Source: Macrostomum lignano (taxonomy: Eukaryota). From it: a DNA stretch of 64,000 nt. The DNA lies in assembly GCA_002269645.1 (NCBI GenBank), contig NIVC01000928.1:62001-126000 (forward strand), in the 5' to 3' direction. How positions within the stretch are numbered: the stretch's first letter is position 1; every line of letters starts with the position of its first letter. The translations under genes and the position numbers were made by a program. Below are positions 12,401 to 33,900 of this stretch, one piece after another. Under the pieces are notes generated by a model. That model had not been told where the DNA came from and searched no databases. It saw nothing but the letters and a program-made list of their open reading frames with translations.

Positions 12401-15400
12401 AGGATGAAATGGCTAAATGAAATGGAATAGAGAAAAGAGAAAAGGAAAGAGAAGATAAAATATTAGATGAAAGAGAAAATGAACAGAGAGAATTAAAAGG
12501 GACAGATTAGAGAAAAGAAAAAGAGAATAAAGGCGAGAGAAGAGATGAGGGAATTGAGAGGAGAGAGGAGAGGGGGGTAAGAGAGGAGAAAGAGGAGACA
12601 GGAGGGAGTAGAGCCGAAAGACGAGAGAGAAGAGATAAATGAGTAGAGATGAGGGGAGAGAGAGGAGAGAGAAGCGAGATTATAAGGGAGAGAGGAGAGG
12701 GGAGAAAGTAGAGAGATGAGTGAGCAGACAGGAGATAAAGGAGAGGAGAGAGAAGAGAGAAGAGATAAAAGAGGAGAGAGAAGAGAGAAGAGAGAAAAGA
12801 GGAGAGAGAGAAGAGAGGAGAGATAAGAGAGCGAGAGAGAGAGATGAGAGAGAGATGAGAGATGAGAGAGAGATGAGAAATGAGAGAGATGAGAGCAAAG
12901 AGGGAGAGAAGACAGGCGAGAGTCAGTCTGGATGATGGCAGGCAGTCAGTTTTTGCAAACAGGTAAAACAACATGGTTTTTGGGAGCTTAATAGAGGATT
13001 TGGAGAGGATTTGGACGATGGGATTCGTGTCATTGGATTCAGCTGATGGATTTCAGAAAATGAAATTCTGGCGTTGGGAGTTCTTCCCCTTACTCCGCCA
13101 ACGGAGGAGTTGGCCTCGTAGAGTATAATTTTTTTTAATTAAAGCTTTTTAACGTCAGGAAAACTAAAAGACTTTTTAAAAAGAATCGTCATGTAAAAAT
13201 CGTAGAAGCGTTATATAAAAATCATAGAAGCGTCATGTAAAAAATCATAGAAGCGTCATGTAAAAAATCATAGAAGCGTCATGTAAACAATCATAGAAGC
13301 GTCATGTAATGAATCATAGAAGCGTCATGTAAACAATCATAGAAGTGTCATTTAAAAAATCATAGAAGCGTCATGTAAACAATCATAGAAGTGTCATGTA
13401 AAGAATCGTAGAAGCGTCATGTAAGCAATCATAGAAGCGTCATTTAAAAAATCATAGAAGCATCATGTAAACAATCATAGAAGCGACATGTAAAAAATCG
13501 TAGAAGCGTCATGTAAACAATCATAGAAGCGTCATTTAAAAAATCATAGAAGCATCATGTAAACAATCATAGAAGCGACATGTAAAAAATCGTAGAAGCG
13601 TTATATAAAAATCATAGAAGCGTCATGTAAAAAATCATAGAAGCGTCATGTAAAAAATCATAGAAGCGTCATGTAAACAATCATAGAAGCGTCATGTAAT
13701 GAATCATAGAAGCGTCATGTAAAAAATCATAGAAGCGTCATGTAAACAATCATAGAAGCGTCATGTAAACAATCATAGAAGCGTCATGTAAAAAATCGTA
13801 GCAGCGTCATGAAAAAATCATAGAAGCGTCATGTAAACAATCATAGAAGCGCCAAGTAAAAATCATAGAAGCGCCATGTAAAAAATCATAGAAGCGTCAT
13901 GTAAACAATCATAGAAGCGCCATGTAAACAATCATAGAAGCGTCATGTAAAAATCATAGAAGCATCTTGTAAAAAATCATAGAAGCGTCATGTACAAAAA
14001 TCATAGAAGCGTCATGTACAAAAATCATAAAAGCGTCATGTACAAAAATCATAAAAGCGTCATGTAAACAATCATAGAAGCGTCATGTAAACAATCATAG
14101 AAGCGCCATGAAAAAATCATAGAAGCGTCATGTAAACAATCATAGAAGCGCCATGTAAAAATCATAGAAGCCTCATTTAAAAAGTAATGAAAGTGTCATT
14201 TAAAATATTAAGAAGCATCGTGGTAGAATAAAAGAAGCGTCATGTCAGACATGAAGGGTGTCATGTAAAAATTAAATGAAGCTATAATGCTGTGCTGGGG
14301 AGAATTACTGAGACGTCAAGGCTCTCAGAGAATAACTGAGATTACGAGGGGGGGGGGTTTCTGAGATGTCAAAGCAAAAGTCAGAGGCTACTTCAAAGTT
14401 TATGTACTTTACTCAATTTTTTATTGCATTCTTTGTTGGCTCGCCACGGGGGGGCGCTGATAAAAAAAGCGTAATGTAAAAAATAAAAGAAGCTTCATGT
14501 CGAACTTAAGAGATTCATTTGGGAATCCCTACGATGTCGAGGCTTGCAGGGAATCGCTATAATGCTGTAGTAGTGCTATAATGACTCTCAGAGAGAATTA
14601 CTGAAATTTCAATGCTTTAGGGTTAGGTTAGGGTTAGGGTTAGGGTAGGGTTAGGGTTAGGCTAGGGTTAGGGTTAGAAGGTTGACAGATATTTTTAGAT
14701 TTCCAAGGCTTATTGGGGGCATTGCTGAGATGTCAAGGGGGGAAGTTGATGTGTTAAAGCTTGTGGGGGGGAATTATTGACATGTCAAGGCTTACAAGGT
14801 TTGACAGGAGATTTTTTAAGATTTCAAGGATATATGTAGCTTATTAAAAAACGTGTATTGCATTTCTTTGGCGCCCCAACGGGGGGCGTAGATTGCTAGT
14901 TAATTCTAAAACTAAAAGCCAAGCTGCACTAAAATAAAGACAGTAACACAACTTAAAACTCAAAAAACATTGATAAAACAAATATATTTCGATGCTCGAA
15001 CCGGAAAACGAAAAACGAAAACAATGCAAACAAATTCACAAGCAATCAGTTGCTCAATGACGCTTGGTAACCTTTGTTTCGTACATGTACTCGTGTGGAC
15101 GCAAGACTCAAAAGTTTAAGGCTGTCCAATTCTGAGAACATGTGCGGAACAAAAGCTTCCACACTTAATTATTAAGCAATTCTCATCAGCTACAACAGAA
15201 AATCGCAAATGAATTTCAGTGTTGTAAATGATGAGAGTTAAAAAATGCGTCACATTTTCAACATACTACTGACAGTCAGTAGCAAAAAAGTAGTACGATA
15301 ATATCGGAGAGGCTAATTTTTCTAAAATCTAGAAGCTAGCAAAATAAGGAAAAAATCAGGTCTACCCACCGCTGTAGGTGCTCATCAGGTGAAATGCTTC

Positions 15401-16145
15401 GCGTAGAGCCACTTGAGCCGATCTCATTTTTGCCACCTTTTTGTTATTCGCTTCAGCCTGAAATGAACAATTTGAATTAGATTCTAAAAAAATAGACAAA
15501 GTTGAGAAATACATATTCCAGCATAGGCGTAACCACCGTATAAGCGTAGCCATCGACAACGCATTGCATAACGAATCTCGGCGTCCTGCCTGGCGCTTCC
15601 TTAGTATCCACAAGATGAAAAGTGACCCCGTTCGGCCGGAGCTCGTTAATAATTGACACAGGATTTTTGGTGGCAAGCTCGGATGCGCTGGGCAGACCTT
15701 TCTGCTGCTGCTGGGAGGCTGGCGGAGTGGGAAGAGCGGCCAAGAACGAAAGCTGAGGTCGAGTAGCAGGAGCAGAAGGAGCATGAGGAGCAGGAAGAGG
15801 AGGCGGAGTCCAATGGTCTGAACGCGGCTTCTTGGCTGGAGATGAGCCAGACGTGAACGCATCCGCAGCTGACCTCTTGGAGCCGGCGGCAACCCGTGCG
15901 GCAGGGGGGGCTGCAGGAGCGGAGTTCAAGAGAGCAGCCACAGCCAGCCTCGCAGCCTCCTGCTTGGCCTCCTGTTTCGAATGACCATTGGCTCGAAACT
16001 CGCGGCCGTCAACTCGGCAGGCCATTTCAAACACGGGACAATGCGGGGGGCCGGACTGGCTAATCAAGACGTAGGCTACCTGGCCCTGGCGCAGCTCGTT
16101 CAGTTGCGTCACGGGCGTCTTCACGGTGAAGCCGCTGTCTGACAT
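419..16145 (-). CDS. ADAR2: ADAR2-type double-stranded RNA adenosine deaminase (partial; 3' end lies beyond the left edge). Exons 16145-15537, 15457-15370, 818-419
   Basis: dsRBD1 KTPVTQLNEL...GHSKQEAKQEAARLA. dsRBD2 KNPVSIINEL...VDGYAYT|AEANNKKVAKMRSAQVAL is split by a 79-bp GT-AG intron. The phase-1 donor at 15369 (G|GTGGGT) matches the phase-1 acceptor at 819 (CACAG|GC). The deaminase exon reads ADSVQRLV...RKVLAGIVM...TTGTKC...DCHAEILSRRCLLRF with the zinc-binding/catalytic CHAE motif intact. Donor GTGAGC at 418. No Z-alpha domain seen. Confidence 0.93.
903..1730. repeat. 19-bp minisatellite (GAGGGCGGATTTTGATGGA), ~43 copies, ending ~85 bp before the acceptor of the ADAR deaminase exon (in transcript direction)
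   Basis: Direct tandem periodicity of 19 bp. Confidence 0.95.
1741..4461. repeat. Long inverted repeat pair: arms 1741-1989 and 4209-4461, ~2.2-kb spacer
   Basis: The reverse complement of the left arm aligns to the right arm at roughly 88-90% by manual alignment, with perfect runs of 37 and 29 bp. No TSD found. Confidence 0.9.
5700..7810. repeat. 23-bp minisatellite (AAACATAAAAGAGCCACCATGTC), ~90 copies, internal to Helitron-like unit 1
   Basis: Direct tandem periodicity. Confidence 0.95.
9280..10330. repeat. Same 23-bp minisatellite, ~45 copies, internal to Helitron-like unit 3
   Basis: Direct tandem periodicity with the same flanks as unit 1. In both units an 18-bp G-rich repeat follows (TGCTTGCTA(C/T)CTGGGGG; ~7930-8170 and ~10430-10600). 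Confidence 0.95.
12030..12930. repeat. Degenerate GA-rich (polypurine) microsatellite tracts
   Basis: (GA/GAGAA/GAGAT)n runs at ~12030-12170 and ~12430-12930. Confidence 0.85.
13190..14200. repeat. 22-23-bp minisatellite (AAA(A/C)AATCATAGAAGCGTCATGT), ~44 copies
   Basis: Direct tandem periodicity. Confidence 0.95.
14617..14677 (+). repeat. Interstitial telomere-like (TTAGGG)n, ~10 imperfect units
   Basis: TTAGGGTTAGGTTAGGGTTAGGGTTAGGGTAGGGTTAGGG... read directly. Confidence 0.85.
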
Positions 16146-17453
16146 TGCGGTTTCTGAGCTGCAACATAGAATGAAGCAGAGCACTTCTCAAATTACTTAG
16201 GTTACTGTTAAGCCTACATGTGCCTATAGTAGAGATGCCTAAATCCCTAAGAGATCCCTAAACAGAGCACGGGAGGGGGGAAGGCGGGGAAGAAGTTCCA
16301 TTTCCAATGCCCGTTGAACAGTCGGAGTCTATTGCTGCAGTGAAGTCGAGCCCATCTGGAAGGAGCTGACAATAGAACCAGCTGCAACAGACTCCGCCAT
16401 TCAATGCGACAGAAAGTAAGTAAAATAAAATTTACTGCGGCAAACCTGACGTGTAGAAGAGACGAAACTCAATGGAAATAAAATCACCACCCTCAAGTCG
16501 ATTAGTTGAGTCTTATTTATACCTGAGGCGGCAGAGACAAAATTGGGGGGGGGACCGCCCGTCCAACCGGAGGGCGCAGCAATCAATAACGCCCCAGCAA
16601 AAACTGCAGCAGATTGTAGCGAAGCAGTTTCAAACGAGTTTTGGACCAGCTAAGCTTTCTTCCCTGACGAAAGCTATTGGGCTCGGGACCCACCTCCAAA
16701 ATGAGTCTCTTAGTTGATACTTGGACTGCTCAAAGGGGGGGGGAACAGAAAAACATTTTTTGCAAAAAAGAAAACGTGACTGGAGATTGAGCGAGCGATC
16801 GAAATTCTACTAAAAGGAATTTTTGGAATAATTGAAACAATAAATTTCAAAGCAGAAATTATGAAAAGATTAAAGCGATCGCTGTGTTTTGCAGTTGTTT
16901 GTTGAGAGTTTTAAGCAGGTATGAACCAAATTTCGGACACAGACTTCAATGGGAGCTAAGCTGAAACAAGACTCCAAAAGAATTCTCAGCGGCCCCGAAA
17001 CTTCCCCGCTGCATTCTTTGATAAGAGAAACTGGAGAATGCCAGACAAGAAAAACTTATCCCAGTATTGAACAGCATGTCGCTGGAATGCCTATTTTGCT
17101 ATGATCAAAGCAGTGATTAAAGAATAAAGCCAGGTAAAACAAATTGAACAAGCTGAGTGATATAACTCACTGACTCAACTACCATGCTTGCAAAAAAGCA
17201 TTCGACAGATGATCACTATCATCGCCTGTTGTGCTATGCGAAATTTATTGTTTTAAAGAAAAATTTCGCGCTAAATTTGATAATAAATTGATAGATGCGA
17301 CAATATTATTTGGTTAAAACACAATTTTTGCTTACATAAATTAAACAAGAGACTTAAAACATAACTTAGAAAACATAGTAGCATAATGTGTAATGAGCTA
17401 AATAAAATAGGAAACTTAACAACAGAGGTTTGCATGCAAGCTGACAGACAGAC

Positions 17454-17484
<31 letters not shown>

Positions 17485-17755
17485 TAGGCTGACACACACA
17501 GAGCCTACAATACGAATGCCATACATATTCATAACAATATACAACATTCGTTTCCTTAGCTGTTTACATACATGTATAATAAAAACCGTACCTAATTACA
17601 CAACAGAAATTATTGTTGACTGCCGCTAATCAATCAATAAGGAAAACACGAGACGCAACAATGCATGTAGTAAGTGTAGGTCAGTTTAACAGCAACTATA
17701 ATTCACCTGGGACATGGTACAGAAGTTGCCCGCAAAGCCGAACAGCTACTGAGAC

Positions 17756-17788
<33 letters not shown>

Positions 17789-17928
17789 TATATTATAACA
17801 CTACGAAAAAATGGACAATGGGGCAGTAGTCTGAGACAGAGAAAACTGAAAATATAAAATATAAAAAACACACCGAGAGCTGCGCCCACAACAACTTGAA
17901 TCATGATCGAGTCTCCAGTCCAGCGGCC

Positions 17929-30511
<12,583 letters not shown>

Positions 30512-30944
30512 TTAGTACCAAAATGTAAAGAAAAAAAGCGGGAGAGATGTATTAAGTCCGAAGTGAAACAAGATGTATTTAGTGAAACAATAGTTTTGTT
30601 CAGTTGCCCTTGAGTCTTCAAACGTCAGATTGTTTTAGATGTCTAAGAAAAACGTATAAAATGGAGATTGAAATATTGATAGTAAGATATTCTAAACATT
30701 CTAGATTTTAAATCAATTTAAACAAAATGATAGCAAATACAATACGTTTTTAGTCAATAAAACTCTTTTAAAGAACTATTTAGTTATAAATTTAAAAAAT
30801 CTGTTGCTTTGCATTATACAAATTAACAACTATATTTTTGCAGCTTTTTAAATTTGTAAATATTGACGATTATTTCGTCCCTAAAAAACCTTACACTGCC
30901 GACGGATTCTTAATTACGGCGATTTACTTTATACGCAAATAAGT
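30512..30944. promoter_or_regulatory. Probable bidirectional promoter and 5' UTRs between the divergent hnRNP R/Q and CPSF6 start codons
   Basis: 433 bp separate ATG 30511 (-) and ATG 30945 (+). Promoter function is inferred from geometry; TSSs are not determinable from sequence. Confidence 0.7.
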
Positions 30945-33900
30945 ATGAACGACACAGATCAGTTGGATCTGTATAATATCGGCGAGGAAGAAGAGTTTAA
31001 GTCAGAGGTAAGCAACAAAGGAATTATCAGTTAAACTAGGCGGTAGGCCATAGGCGTAGGTAGGAACATTTCATTTCAAAGAGGTGGGAAAGGTTTTAAA
31101 AAATGTTATAAAATCTAATACAAAAATTATTCCTATTACAATTAAGAAAGTTAAACGCTAACAGTATTTCTGTGGTTTTTTTGCAATAATATCAGTAGAT
31201 GTTATGTCCTATTATATGTGAGTAGGCCCTAGGCCTATGCAACTAGGGGCCTAGCCAAATTTTGGTTGGCTGTAGTTTGGCTATGGGGTAAATGTACATT
31301 AACCTAATATATATTGAGTGATACAGTAACAATCCACTTTGGTAACAGCAACTTTAGTATAGCCACTTTGGTAAAAAATGACTACTTTGGTAGGCCTAAC
31401 AGCCATTTTGCCTTTTGGTAGGGACTTCAATAAGGCAAAATTATCCCGTTCAAATTTGTAAAAATGGCAAAAAGGGCCTATCTTTCTACACTTGTAACTA
31501 TTGAAAGGAGTAAAGTGTGAAGTAAAGTTAATATACTTTGAAAAGGCAACATTTTTTTCTTTCAAATAAGACCAGCTTTATTAAAAACCATTGATTTATT
31601 ACAAAGCTATACTTACTCAAAGTTTTGCTTTTTTTTTCAAAAAAATTGTATGTGTGACGGTTGCAAAAAATGCACATGTTTCGGAATTTGAATTTTTCTA
31701 AGAAATGCATCATTTTTTACACAATGAAATGATTGTAATACAAAAAGAATACATTAGAGAACATTTTAGACTTTTCAGCCATATTTGTTATTATGCAAGT
31801 AGGAGAAAAACGTGTTTTTTTAGTTTTTATCATTTTACTCACTGAAGCTCCATAGCGCTGCAGTTCTCCCATAGCTAATCAGACGCCCACATTTGTTAGC
31901 TACAAGACAAAAAAAGAATCATGAAAATCAGTTGCTGCGCAATGCTGTGCGAGCAGTTTAAAGTCAGCCACCCCATTTGTGATCAAAGTAGGTTTTGCCC
32001 TTGAATCATTAGTTTGTCATTTGGCTGTTTTTCTACTTGACCATTATGATTATAACTGATGCTTGCGTTTTAGGCAGCTTGCACATGCTTTCGTGCATTT
32101 CAGAAGCGATCAGGTTTCGGGGATTAATCGTCATCCTCTAGCATGTTCAGATCACCAGCGTAGAAGTCCGAGTACAGGTTGTACTTGAATCTTTCTCCAG
32201 GGAAATTGTTGAACTCGACCTCAAACATCCTGGACAGGATGTCCAAGTTCCGAGCTGTCGGCAACTCGCGGATGACGGCGCCCTCTTCCCACTGCTCCCC
32301 ATCGGCATACAAGAACTTCACTTCAATTCTTCGTCCAGGCAGCTCTGGGCAGGACTCGAGCGTCCGAACTGTGGTTTCAGGAGCCTCGTCTGCAGCATCG
32401 TCATCGTCCTGAATTCTCCATCCTCGTCCCCTGCCTCTACCGCGTCCTCGGCCACGTCCTCGGCCGCGTCCTAGGCCGCGTCCTCGCTGAGGCGCCGGCG
32501 GCTGGACCTCACGTGGCTTCTGCTTCTTGGCCACCAGCTCACGGACTCTTGCGCTACATTCTTGGGGCGGCAGAACGTCTCCAGACGCAGAAGTGGAGGC
32601 AGAAGAGACGAGCTCCTGCTCTTGAGCATTCAGGATGTCAAGGAGCTCCCCCAGCTGATCCTGAAGCCGAGCTGTACTATGCTGCCTGCCTCTCCGAGAA
32701 GTGCAGCAGCGTAACCTTGTCTGGTGGCAGCGGAGCCTCTAAAATGTGTTAAATAAATTGCTTAGAATAGATAGCAAAATAGTCCCATGTATTCGTAGCT
32801 TATGCATGGCCTTGTGAAGTCAAAGCTGGGCTTTCACAGCCTGCTCGACGCTGTTGGCCGCGAGGGATGGGATGACCGCATACATCTTCTCGCAAGTCTT
32901 CCAAAGGCCGCCGTACTGAAGTACGATGCGCGACTGTTTCCGGAGATTGGCGGCCTCCTTCTCCTTCTTGCGATGCTTATTGTCCAGTCGCTGTTGCAGC
33001 AGCTCCTGTCGAGTATTCTGTATGCTCGCCATCGCTTTTCCATCAGCGGAGCCAGCACGCGAGCCCTTGCAAAAACAGCATCGCGCTCCTCGGCTGTCTT
33101 CTGCTGAATCCACTCACTGGTTGCGTTCTGGCCGAATAGTACCAGCACTTCACAAGCGAGCGGCCTCATGTTTGGCTTGTCGCGCACGCCTTTGTCAAGG
33201 ATGCCGAAGACTCGCTCACCGGGAACGTTGTCCTTCGGAGCGCCTGCAGCGTGCTGCAAATCCTCAGCCGACAGCTGGCAAAGCTGACCTCCTGGCAGGT
33301 GGTCCCGGACCTCTCGCTCAGCCAGTACAACCATGGAGGCGCAGATGGTCTAAAGGAAATGGATAAGTGAAATATGTACATATAGGTGTAGTTATAGACG
33401 CTGCGAAATTCAACAGGTCAAAGCTGCAATCCACACAAACTTACCTGAACTGCAAGCGTCACCAAAGCATTGTCAGTGATCGTCACCTCATCGGTCGTCA
33501 AACTCTCCCACACAGTTCGAGCCTCCTGATCCTTCAGTATGCTCTCCATGATGTCCGGGAACGGGCCGGTCGATGAGCTCGACACCACAAACGCAGAAGT
33601 CGCGACAGACCGCAGCCACTGACACGCCGTCTCGTAATGTTTGTTCATGTCGATGATGCTGACCTGCTGATGCCGGAGCAGCACCCACAGCGGCCGGACA
33701 AAGAGGAAGTCGATCAGCCCAAGTGCGCGGCACCCGCACAGCAGCAGTCGAGCGAGCATTCACGTCGGCATTGACTGCAAGCAGAAGCCGGTACTAGCAT
33801 AGAAACGATGCGATCATATCTCGTTGCCAGAAGATGAAGCCTCCATTCGGGAAGATTATGTAACTGCGGTTACCACGGAAATCTTCCATCCGGAATTGGC

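Larger units (their letters stand above)
5095..14899 (+). mobile_element. Head-to-tail array of non-autonomous Helitron-like elements (units 5095-8310, 8311-8678, 8679-10749, and composite 10750-14899)
   Basis: Each unit starts TC(C/T)(A/T)ATATACTAAAAATG. Units 1, 3 and 4 end with a GC hairpin (GTCCCCCATCGGGGGGC or variant) about 12 nt before CTAG; unit 2 ends in CTAG with only a weak hairpin. Junctions read CTAG|TC. The array is flanked by A (5094) and T (14900). A homologous head sequence is shared, most closely by units 1, 3 and 4. No Rep/helicase ORF. Confidence 0.75.

Noticed and set aside
12507-12974. Leu/Ser-rich and Arg/Glu-rich ORFs
   Set aside because: GA/TC microsatellite artefacts.
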